From assembly GCF_964355755.1 (NCBI RefSeq), contig NC_092670.1, positions 3,400,201 to 3,464,200 of the forward strand: a stretch of DNA of 64,000 nucleotides, in the 5' to 3' direction. Under the pieces are notes generated by a model that searched no databases, had not been told where the DNA came from, and saw only the letters and a program-made list of their open reading frames with translations. Source of the stretch: Antedon mediterranea (taxonomy: Eukaryota > Animalia > Echinodermata). Positions 13,991-25,910 of the stretch are shown piece by piece (within the stretch, counting starts at the first letter, position 1; each line of letters begins with the position of its first letter). A program made the position numbers and the translations under genes.

Positions 13991-14548
13991 TCCTACAATT
14001 CAAGGATCTACATAAAAGAGTTTAATATATAAAAGAGATTTTATAAAATAGGCTAATTAAATTTCTTAATTTAATTATTAACTATTTTAAATGATATAAT
14101 GTTTATTGTTCAAAAAATTGTTTAAATCAATTTTGTGGGTTTTTATGTTTACTTTATGGTTTGTAATATTGTGTTTCTTCATAAGAGATGTATGCGATAT
14201 TATTCTACAGAGAGAAAATAAAGGAAGGAAATAAATGAGTATAATAAACCACAACTAGCTGATTAAGGAAATATACAGCTTCCTACCTATTTTTTTAAGA
14301 GTGAAAAAAGAAAAGAATAAAAAAGAAAGATTTTGGGGGTGGGGTTTGATAGAGGGCGAAGCGGGGTTCTCGAGCCCACTAATAGTAACAAAAACACTTT
14401 AGTAATACACAGGGGTAAAGTATAGTGGGAGGTATTGAGGTCCCCCTTACAAGATTAAAAATGATTATTGTATGAAAATTCTTTTAAACGGCATCAATCT
14501 GTGTTCAGTCAGCAGCCCCAACCGTGATTGGGGCTGAGGTGGATGGAG

Positions 14549-15391
14549 ATGTAACTCTTTAGTGTCAGGTGAAACTTTCTATTATTTAAAAGTCGAAGAT
14601 AGCCAGGTCTCGGGTCCATTCTATTGTCGCCACAGATTGATATCTTCATCAGTACTTCTATGAATGGATGATTCGGTGGGAACACGAACGTTAGTTGATC
14701 ATACCCAGTACCGTTTTGATCGTACGATTAATCGGGAAACCACGTCACGATATCGAAACGCGGCAGGCTGAAGGCGCTTGACCTTTGACAAGATCGCCTA
14801 AATTTTTAGTTTTTAACTTTACAATACTTAGTGTTGTATATTCTGGTACAGCCGCTCCATGATCTCTTTGCTTTTCTTCCTTATATCTTTACTCTTTTTA
14901 AAAGTTTTACTAACGTTTTTATTTTATTTTATTATAGGCTATTTATATTTTTGCTTTATGTACACGACAACTAACGATCAAATAACAGTTTTTCACATCG
15001 CAACTTATACAACGTAATTTTGAAAACTACAACCATTTTTCTATATACATACAACGTACATTTCTAGTTTAACAAAAACATTTTTCTAAACTTTCTATTA
15101 TTTAAAAGTCGAAGATAGCCAGGTCTCGGGTCCATTCTATTGTCGCCACAGATTGATATCTTCATCAGTACTTCTATGAATGGATGATTCGGTGGGAACA
15201 CGAACGCTAGTTGATCATACCCAGTACCGTTTTGATCGTACGATTAATCGGGAAACCACATCACGACGCTAGTTGATCATACCCAGTACCGTTTTGATCG
15301 TACGATTAATCGGGAAACCACATCACGACAATTGTCATAGTATGTGCAATGGTTTAAGAGTGTACATGTAACTCTTTAGTGTCAGGTGAAA
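14549..15391. repeat. Insertion with two ~178-bp direct repeats, bounded by a 26-bp duplication
   Basis: Repeats at ~14572-14750 and ~15088-15266 (plus a 62-bp partial third copy); atgtaactctttagtgtcaggtgaaa at 14549 and 15366. Confidence 0.75.
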
Positions 15392-15412
15392 ATTTATCAA
15401 TGATTATTAAAA

Positions 15413-15845
15413 TATTATTATTATTATTATTTATTGCCAAAAACCAGTTACAAACAAACAAAAACACAGAAACTAAGGGAGTAGGCAGGAACCTAAAAGT
15501 GAATCTAATCACTATAACAAGAGTTCAGGTTCCGTACTCCCAAAGTAACAACAATGATATAAAATAAACTATATAAAAATATTTAAATAAAAAATAGACG
15601 AATCAACAGTGTCAATATAAAATAAACGGATAAAATACATAATAGTCGATTCAACAAAGTCAATATAAAACATGTGATTTAAGTGAATTTAAAAATGTTG
15701 GAAAACTGTCTAAAATTAAACAATTTTTAATCATTTCCGGTAATTCTTCCCACAACCTAGGGAATATATTAATAGCGGAATGATGAAGACAATTGGTTCG
15801 AGCATAGTGATGAATGAACTTAAGTGTATCAAATGCTATATTATA
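15413..15845 (-). mobile_element. Decayed LINE 3' end (CR1/L2-like), interrupted by a hAT MITE
   Basis: Peptide RTNCLHHSAINIFPRLWEELPEMIK...FLNSLKSHVL resembles a LINE ORF2 C-terminus; (AAT)n tail at ~15413-15432. Confidence 0.6.
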
Positions 15846-17049
15846 CAGTGGCGTATCCAGGATTTTGAAGTTGGGGGGGCCGGGAATTGCCAATTTGCCG
15901 ACAAAATTGGTGTCATTATCTGTACATACACAACGTCTCTGATCAATATATGTTCTAGGATTACATAGTCATATTGTCTTATATGGGATAACGATGCAAA
16001 ATTAAAACCAAACCAACATTATCTGTTAGTATGTTGTATTCATATTACAATAAAGAAAGAATTAGGAAAATCTGACTGTAGTTTTCGAAATATAGGGTCT
16101 AAAACATCGCCGAAAATGATCGTTTTTAGCCACAAAAGAAGTAAAACAATTTACGCTATTTTTGGTTAAAATAATTACATATAATTACGTTTTTTAGTAA
16201 TTTATTTTATATACAGTATTACCATTGGAAATATCACTAAAACATGTTATTAAATGCTTATAAAATATATAAAGTTGTTTACTTAACGGAATTCGGACAA
16301 ATTCATTGCTCTAACTTTGTGTAGTAACGATCAGAGAGATTCATGGACCTGGTACACGCGCGAGAGAAAACATTCCGCTGAGGGTGATTCGCATCCACCA
16401 ATCAAATCAGCTAGAATCCTAAATCATTCAACCGTGAGCAATGCCAATCGCGAGAAAGTTCAGCTTTGATTGGCTTACGATGACATCATATCACAAAATG
16501 GTGGTTTTGTAGTTGAGCCTCACGGAATATTCTGTTCCAAAAATGAAATACATGGATATTTTTTATGGTATATGTGCTTTTTCTTTAAAAATTTGGATAA
16601 TAAAGGCCTCATATTGAGAAAAAAAACCGGGTTTTTGGCAAAGCACATGGCATGTGGAACTATATAATCTCTTAGCGTAGGAAGACATACAAATCTCAGG
16701 TCATGAGAGGCTCAACTGCATGCAAAAACAAGGTTTTATGGTAAGGTCAAAGACTTTTGAGTAAACAATCTACCGCGTACGGCCGTACGTACGTGCTACA
16801 CATTTTTAACGTGTTTCGTTAGATGTAATGCAAATAAAAAATAGTTGATCTGAAGGGATCAATGATGATATGATATGTAAATAAACAAACACTCAAAAGA
16901 ATTATGTTTACAGTTCAATTATTGTCAGAATAAATAGTTTATTTTTTTCCCCGGCACCTTTGTTTGCCGACGGCCGCGATGATGTGCCGACGGAAACGAA
17001 ATCAGGGGGGGCCCGGGCCCCCCCGGCCCCCCTACTGGATACGCCACTG
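15846..17049. mobile_element. hAT-type non-autonomous element
   Basis: TIR CAGTGGCGTATCCAG; perfect 8-bp TSD atattata. Confidence 0.9.
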
Positions 17050-18051
17050 ATATTATACACCTATACTGCCATCAAGTCTTTTATAAAGTTATTTTCAACA
17101 GCGCCACCAATGATTTGAAATATAATAATAGTAGCTTTATGTATGTTCTAGTTGTGTTCCCTTTCATTGTTTTTTTATCTGTTATGTATTTTACATAAAT
17201 AAATGTCATAAATCGCATAAATAGACGTAAAAGTTGATATGCAAACCAAGAATTCAAGCATATCTGTATAATTGTGAAATATATTGAGGTAAAGAAGACA
17301 AGTAAAAATACACTGTAAATAATTTATACATTATTTAAACCAAGCATTGTCAATATTGTCATAGTTATCAGGAGTGATTTTGTGTAACTTTTCATAATGA
17401 TAACAGGCCTCAATTTTTGCATAATATATCATGTAAATGGTGGATACCTAATACATTTACAAATTGCAAATTAATTTATATTTAAACTTTTGTACACTTT
17501 TTTTTACACGTTGTTTTATAACTGTAAAACTATCAATTAATTTCTTGGTTTCCATTGCTTCTTACAATTTATTGTATTTTTCTTATATAATTATATGTCA
17601 TACAAAACCATGATAAAACATAAACAAAATCGATTCACAATATATGATTTGTTTCACTTTTATTTACAAAAATATAAGTATTTTATCCTCATTTATTTAT
17701 AGCCAATCAAATGTACAAATATACAAAAAAAAAACATGAAATAAACAAAAAAGTAAATACAAAAATAAGACTTCTTCAGATAATAGGAGGAAAGTAACCT
17801 GGGTTACATAATAAACAAAATCAAATATGTTAAATACAAATATATATATATTGTAACATGCAGTTGAGTGCACTTTGGTTCAAAACTATATGACCCAATC
17901 ATGTGACCCAAGACCAACATATACTGACAAGATGGGAAATTTTAAAATCTTGATGCATAAATATACAATATAAATGTGCATGCCCTACAAAACTGTAGAT
18001 ACAAAAAAAATCTGCAGGAAAAAAAAATATGAGTGTAGGATATAGTAAACA

Positions 18052-21000
18052 AATATACCTTGAGAGTTTCTGGTTTAAACTATGAGCAGACTTGCCTCCA
18101 AAGAAATACTAGTTACTAATATACCTTGAGAGTTTCTGGTTTAAACCATGAGCAGACTTGCCTCCAAAGAAATACTAGTTACTAATATACCTTGAGAGTT
18201 TCTGGTTTAAACTATGAGCAGACTTACCTCCAAAGAAGTACTATTCACTAATATACCTTGAGAGTTTCTGGTTTAAACTATGAGCAGACTTACCTCCAAA
18301 GAAGTACTAGTTACTAATATACCTTGAGAGTTTCTGGTTTAAACTATGGACAGACTTGCCTCCAAAGAAATACTAGTTACAAATATACCTTGAGAGTTTC
18401 TGGTTTAAACTATGAGCAGACTTACCTCCAAAGAAGTACTATTCACTAATATACCTTGAGAGTTTCTGGTTTAAACTATGAGCAGACTTACCTCCAAAGA
18501 AGTACTATTCACTAATATACCTTGAGAGTTTCTGGTTTAAACTATGAGCAGACTTACCTCCAAAGAAGTACTAGTTACTAATATACCTTGAGAGTTTCTG
18601 GTTTAAACTATGGACAGACTTACCTCCAAAGAAGTACTAGTTACTAATATACCTTGAGAGTTTCTGGTTTAAACCATGAGCAGACTTGCCTACAAAGAAG
18701 TACTAGTTACTAATATACCTTGAGAGTTTCTGGTTTAAACTATGAGCAGACTTGCCTCCAAAGAAGTACTAGTTACTAATATACCTTGAGAGTTTCTGGT
18801 TTAAACTATGAGCAGACTTACCTCCAAAGAAGTACTAGTTACTAATATACCTTGAGAGTTTCTGGTTTAAACCATGAGCAGACTTACCTACAAAGAAGTA
18901 CTAGTTACTAATATACCTTGAGAGTTTCTGGTTTAAACCATGAGCAGACTTGCTTCCAAAGAAGTACTAGTTACTAATATACCTTGAGAGTTTCTGGTTT
19001 AAACCATGAGCAGACTTACCTCCAAAGAAGTATTAGTTACTAATATACCTTGAGAGTTTCTGGTTTAAACCATGAGCAGACTTACCTACAAAGAAGTACT
19101 AGTTACTAATATACCTTGAGAGTTTCTGGTTTAAACCATGAGCAGACTTGCTTCCAAAGAAGTACTAGTTACTAATATACCTTGAGAGTTTCTGGTTTAA
19201 ACCATGAGCAGACTTGCTTCCAAAGAAGTACTAGTTACTAATATACCTTGAGAGTTTCTGGTTTAAACCATGAGCAGACTTACCTACAAAGAAGTACTAG
19301 TTACTAATATACCTTGAGAGTTTCTGGTTTAAACTATGAGCAGACTTACCTACAAAGAAGTACTAGTTACTAATATACCTTGAGAGTTTCTGGTTTAAAC
19401 CATGAGCAGACTTACCTACAAAGAAGTACTAGTTACTAATATACCTTGAGAGTTTCTGGTTTAAACTATGAGCAGACTTACCTACAAAGAAGTACTAGTT
19501 ACTAATATACCTTGAGAGTTTCTGGTTTAAACCATGAGCAGACTTACCTACAAAGAAGTACTAGTTACTAATATACCTTGAGAGTTTCTGGTTTAAACTA
19601 TGAGCAGACTTACCTACAAAGAAGTACTAGTTACTAATATACCTTGAGAGTTTCTGGTTTAAACTATGAGCAGACTTACCTACAAAGAAGTACTAGTTAC
19701 TAATATACCTTGAGAGTTTCTGGTTTAAACTATGAGCAGACTTGCTTCCAAAGAAGTACTAGTTACTAATATACCTTGAGAGTTTCTGGTTTAAACCATG
19801 AGCAGACTTGCCTCCAAAGAAGTACTAGTTACTAATATACCTTGAGAGTTTCTGGTTTAAACCATGAGCAGACTTGCCTCCAAAGAAGTACTAGTTACTA
19901 ATATACCTTGAGAGTTTCTGGTTTAAACCATGAGCAGACTTGCCTCCAAAGAAGTACTAGTTACTAATATACCTTGAGAGTTTCTGGTTTAAACCATGAG
20001 CAGACTTACCTCCAAAGAAGTACTAGTTACTAATATACCTTGAGAGTTTCTGGTTTAAACCATGAGCAGACTTGCCTCCAAAGAAGTACTAGTTACTAAT
20101 ATACCTTGAGAGTTTCTGGTTTAAACCATGAGCAGACTTGCCTCCAAAGAAGTACTAGTTACTAATATACCTTGAGAGTTTCTGGTTTAAACCATGAGCA
20201 GACTTGCCTCCAAAGAAGTACTAGTTACTAATATACCTTGAGAGTTTCTGGTTTAAACCATGAGCAGACTTACCTCCAAAGAAGTACTAGTTACTAATAT
20301 ACCTTGAGAGTTTCTGGTTTAAACCATGAGCAGACTTGCCTCCAAAGAAGTACTAGTTACTAATATACCTTGAGAGTTTCTGGTTTAAACCATGAGCAGA
20401 CTTACCTCCAAAGAAGTACTAGTTACTAATATACCTTGAGAGTTTCTGGTTTAAACTATGAGCAGACTTACCTCCAAAGAAGTACTAGTTACTAATATAC
20501 CTTGAGAGTTTCTGGTTTAAACCATGAGCAGACTTGCCTCCAAAGAAGTACTAGTTACTAATATACCTTGAGAGTTTCTGGTTTAAACTATGAGCAGACT
20601 TGCCTCCAAAGAAGTACTAGTTACTAATATACCTTGAGAGTTTCTGGTTTAAACCATGAGCAGACTTGCCTCCAAAGAAGTACTAGTTACTAATATACCT
20701 TGAGAGTTTCTGGTTTAAACTATGAGCAGACTTACCTCCAAAGAAGTACTAGTTACTAATATACCTTGAGAGTTTCTGGTTTAAACCATGAGCAGACTTG
20801 CCTCCAAAGAAGTACTAGTTACTAATATACCTTGAGAGTTTCTGGTTTAAACCATGAGCAGACTTGCCTCCAAAGAAGTACTAGTTACTAATATACCTTG
20901 AGAGTTTCTGGTTTAAACCATGAGCAGACTTGCCTCCAAAGAAGTACTAGTTACTAATATACCTTGAGAGTTTCTGGTTTAAACCATGAGCAGACTTGCC

Positions 21001-22876
21001 TCCAAAGAAGTACTAGTTACTAATATACCTTGAGAGTTTCTGGTTTAAACTATGAGCAGACTTGCCTCCAAAGAAGTACTAGTTACTAATATACCTTGAG
21101 AGTTTCTGGTTTAAACTATGAGCAGACTTGCCTCCAAAGAAGTACTAGTTACTAATATACTTTGAGAGTTTTCTGGTTTAAACTATGAGCAGACTTGCCT
21201 CCAAAGAAGTACTAGTTACTAATATACCTTGAGAGTTTCTGGTTTAAACTATGAGCAGACTTGCCTCCAAAGAAGTACTAGTTACTAATATACCTTGAGA
21301 GTTTCTGGTTTAAACTATGAGCAGACTTGCCTCCAAAAAAGTACTAGTTACTAATATACCTTGAGAGTTTCTGGTTTAAACTATGAGCAGACTTGCCTCC
21401 AGAGAAGTACTAGTTACTAATATACCTTGAGAGTTTCTGGTTTAAACCATGAGCAGACTTGCCTCCAAAGAAGTACTAGTTACTAATATACCTTGAGAGT
21501 TTCTGGTTTAAACTATGAGCAGACTTACCTCCAAAGAAGTACTATTCACTAATATACCTTGAGAGTTTCTGGTTTAAACTATGAGCAGACTTGCCTCCAA
21601 AGAAGTACTATTCACTAATATACCTTGAGAGTTTCTGGTTTAAACTATGAGCAGACTTACCTCCAAAGAAGTACTAGTTACTAATATACCTTGAGAGTTT
21701 CTGGTTTAAACTATGGACAGACTCTCCTCCAAAGAAGTACTAGTTACTAATATACCTTGAGAGTTTCTGATTTAAACTATGAGCAGACTTGCCTCCAAAG
21801 AAGTACTAGTTACTAATATACCTTGAGAGTTTCTGGTTTAAACTATGAGCAGACTTGCCTCCAAAGAAGTACTAGTTACTAATATACCTTGAGAGTTTCT
21901 GGTTTAAACCATGAGCAGACTTGCCTCCAAAGAAGTACTAGTTACTAATATACCTTGAGAGTTTCTGGTTTAAACTATGAGCAGACTTGCCTCCAAAGAA
22001 GTACTAGTTACTAATATACCTTGAGAGTTTCTGGTTTAAACCATGAGCAGACTTGCCTCCAAAGAAGTACTAGTTACTAATATACCTTGAGAGTTTCTGG
22101 TTTAAACTATGAGCAGACTTACCTCCAAAGAAGTACTAGTTACTAATATACCTTGAGAGTTTCTGGTTTAAACTATGAGCAGACTTGCCTCCAAAGAAGT
22201 ACTAGTTACTAATATACCTTGAGAGTTTCTGGTTTAAACCATGAGCAGACTTGCCTCCAAAGAAGTACTAGTTACTAATATACCTTGAGAGTTTCTGGTT
22301 TAAACTATGAGCAGACTTGCCTCCAAAGAAGTACTAGTTACTAATATACCTTGAGAGTTTCTGGTTTAAACTATGAGCAGACTTGCCTACAAAGAAGTAC
22401 TCGTTACTAATATACCTTGAGAGTTTCTGGTTTAAACTATGAGCAGACTTGCCTACAAAGAAGTACTAGTTACTGATATACCTTGAGAGTTTCTGGTTTA
22501 AACTATGGGCAGACTTGCCTCCAAAGAAATACTAGTTACTAATATACCTTGAGAGTTTCTGGTTTAAACTATGGGCAGACTTGCCTCCAAAGAAATACTA
22601 GTTACTAATATACCTTGAGAGTTTCTGGTTTAAACTATGGGCAGACTTGCCTCCAAAGAAATACTAGTTACTAATATACCTTGAGAGTTTCTGGTTTAAA
22701 CTATGGGCAGACTTGCCTCCAAAGAAATACTAGTTACTAATATACCTTGAGAGTTTCTGGTTTAAACTATGGGCAGACTTGCCTCCAAAGAAATACTAGT
22801 TACTAATATACCTTGAGAGTTTCTGGTTTAAACTATGAGCAGACTTACCTCCAAAGAAGTACTAGTTACTAATACT
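18052..22876. repeat. 66-bp tandem array, ~73 copies
   Basis: Unit aatataccttgagagtttctggtttaaactatgagcagacttgcctccaaagaagtactagttact; stops in all six frames. Confidence 0.97.
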
Positions 22877-23600
22877 ATTACTATTTGGAAGCACCAATCA
22901 ACCCATAGTTTTAAATAGAAACTTAAGTAGGCAACCAATGTATATTTGTTTTTATATTGTGGATCAAACATTTTAACACACCTAATGTTCTAAAGTAAAC
23001 GTTCAATTTATCCGTCACTTCCAATTTGAATCGAATTTCAAAAAGCTATAGGCTATTTAAGAATGTGGTGCTCGGATTTTGGCAGCGAAGTAGAGCAGAT
23101 GGCGCACTCTACAGTTTGGTTCAACTACCAAAAAAGCTGGATGTGCAGTAGTAGTCATGTGACGTCATTATTTGTTTAACAATAATCAAATATATTTAAT
23201 TATATTTTAGATTATTGTTTAACAATAGTAAATGTTTCAGCGATGTTTTCTCACAAAATATTCCCATACCAATGGTTGAACCAATTCTCCAAAATAATAC
23301 CTCCCCCGCCCTATGGTGGGGCATTAATGTTCAACTGGCTCTCTTTATAAACAAAAACCCAAGTTAACTTCCCTTGCAAATAATTACTTTATACAAATAA
23401 GATAATTCAATACTGAAGTTGACAGCATATTCACAAAACCACTAAAATTATCCTATTCCAATGGTTGAGCAGATTTAGCTCCTATTATGGAATATCTCAT
23501 GTGAATGGTTGATCTAAATCCTCAGAGTGCTATGCCTACTATTATTATTATTGTAAATTAAGAAAGCCTAACATAAGTTATTTATGCCTTGCAGAAGGAT

Positions 23601-24590
23601 TAGAACATGATAAGATCTAACTTGGGTGACTGAGGTGGGACCCCTACATTTAACACATTCAGACTAGGTGGGTACTAGAACATAAGATAAGATCTAACTT
23701 GGGTCACTGAGGTAGGACCCCTACATTTAACACATTCAGACTAGGTGGGTACTAGAACATAAGATAAGATCTAACTTGGGTCACTGAGGTGGGACCCCTA
23801 CATTTAACACATTCAGACTAGGTGGGTACTAGAATATAAGATAAGATCTAACTTGGGTCACTGAGGTAGGACCCCTACAATTAACACATTCAGACTAGGT
23901 GGGTACTAGAACATAAGATAAGATCTAACTTGGGTCACTGAGGTTGGACCCCTACATTTAACACATTCAGACTAGGTGGGTACTAGAACATAAGATAAGA
24001 AGATCTAACTTGGGTCACTGAGGTTGGACCCCTACAATTAACACATTCAGACTAGGTGGGTACTAGAACATAAGATAAGATCTAACTTGGGTCATTGAGG
24101 TGGGACCCCTACAATTAACACATTCAGACTAGGTGGGTACTAGAACATAAGATAAGATCTAACTTGGGTCACTGAGGTGGGACCCCTATATTTAACACAT
24201 TCAGACTAGGTGGGTACTAGAATATAAGATAAGATCTAACTTGGGTCATTGAGGTGGGACCCCTACAATTAACACATTCAAACTAGGTGGGTACTAGAAC
24301 ATAAGATAAGATCTAACTTGGGTCACTGAGGTGGGACCCCTACATTTAACACATTCAGACTAGGTGGGTACTAGAACATAAGATAAGATCTAACTTGGGT
24401 CATTGAGGTGGGACCCCTACATTTAACACATTCAGACTAGGTGGGTACTAGAACATAAGATAAGATCTAACTTGGGTCACTGAGGTGGGACCCCTACATT
24501 TAACACATTCAGACTAGGTGGGTACTAGAACATAAGATAAGATCTAACTTGGGTCACTGAGGTGAAACTCCTGCATTTAACATATTCAGG
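23601..24590. repeat. 77-bp tandem array, ~13 copies
   Basis: Unit tagaacataagataagatctaacttgggtcactgaggtgggacccctacatttaacacattcagactaggtgggtac. Confidence 0.95.
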
Positions 24591-24685
24591 CATAGTGGTA
24601 TTAGTAACCTACGAACCCTAACACACAAGCCCAACAGAGTAAAGTCCTATTTCTATCCTAGTGTAGCATTAGGATAACGTATCTC

Positions 24686-25138
24686 AATGTATCGGTTTCA
24701 ATTCTAGTTAGTCTTTTTCTAGCCTAGAATAACGATTTGAAACGTATCTCTTAATTTCAATTTTAGGGAACACCCTAAAATATCGGTTTTCAACGAATCA
24801 CTGATAGCAAAGCCTGTACTAATTCATGTATTTCACTGGTGTGATAACAGAGTACGACACAATAGCTTTGTTATCTTTGTTTCTTAGTAGTTCCACTGGG
24901 GAATTCTAGGAATGTATCAGTTTCTATTCTAGTTAGTCTTTTTCTAGCCTAGAATAACGACTTGAAACGTATCTCTTAATTTCTATTTTAGGGAACACCC
25001 TAAAATATCGATTTTCAACGAATCGTTGATAGCAAAGCCTGTCCTATTCACGTATTTCACTAGCATGATAACAGAGTACGACACTTAGCTTTGTTATCTT
25101 TGTTTTTTTTTAGTAGTTCAATTCAGGAATTCCAGGAA
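24686..25138. repeat. ~225-bp tandem duplication downstream of the stop codon
   Basis: aatgtatc(g/a)gtttc...ttctagttagtctttttctagcc at 24686 and 24911. Confidence 0.85.
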
Positions 25139-25347
25139 TTCTTCAATTTGTTTAAATTAATTAAACACACAACAGTGTTATGAAAAGAAGTAATGATGAT
25201 TTTAGGTTTTAGGTATGTTGAACAACCTATACCATTATCCGAGAGGGTGGTGATATGGATGTTAAAGTTCTGTTTGTAATGTTTTCCTCTGTTCGGAGAG
25301 AGAGATTATTGTTTGTGTTTTGTGTAGTCATTGAGGGAATGGAAATA

Positions 25348-25910
25348 TCAATTATCTAAACTTGTCAATGCATTAACTTCATTAATCATTTCATATTCCC
25401 TAAGTTTCTCAATGAATTCATTCATCTTCTCTCCTTCTGTGAGATACCCTTCCATTTCTAATCTTAGAATTAAAGAATACGGATCAGTTACTTCACTAAT
25501 GCCATAAAATCGTCCAATGGTTTTCATGTTTTTAAAGCTTACCTTTTTACAAAATTTTAACAATTTTATACGATGATCTGAAAAGGTTTCAATTTGAACA
25601 TCTTCAAATTTTGGTACATGCCATTTTGGCTTTATCACTTCTTCAACACCACCCATCCCACACAATTTAATCAATTGGATTAGAACACGTATGTCAGTAC
25701 ATTTGATAACTCCAGGAAGGATAAGCAAGCTAATTAGTTCATGTGTATTTTCCGCCCCCTGGATATCGAAAAGTGTCATTTCACAATTCGGCCTATTCAT
25801 GAAGTCGCTAATCACCATTTTCATCTTGTTTAAACATTTTCCTCGGCCATGTGTGTCACACCAATTAGATACCCCTGTTATCAATTCGTTGAAGTCCGGG
25901 CGTGACAATT
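25348..25910 (-). CDS. Terminal exon: tandem death-effector-domain-like (death fold) region
   Basis: ORF 25348..25908 shows two helical units (FNELITGVSNW...LIQLIKLCG and FSDHRIKLLKF...LILRLEMEGYL) resembling DEDs. The exon is solid; the domain name is an inference. Confidence 0.7.

Noticed and set aside
13195-14003. ORFs of 263, 184 and 119 aa
   Set aside because: They are translations of a 48-bp minisatellite that is open in several frames on both strands.
14575-14660. Canonical hammerhead ribozyme
   Set aside because: CUGAUGA and a stem are present, but no GAAA follows stem II and I could not build stem III.
18052-24590. 66-bp and 77-bp arrays as CRISPR-like arrays
   Set aside because: Units are contiguous with no unique spacers, there are no cas genes, and the context is eukaryotic.
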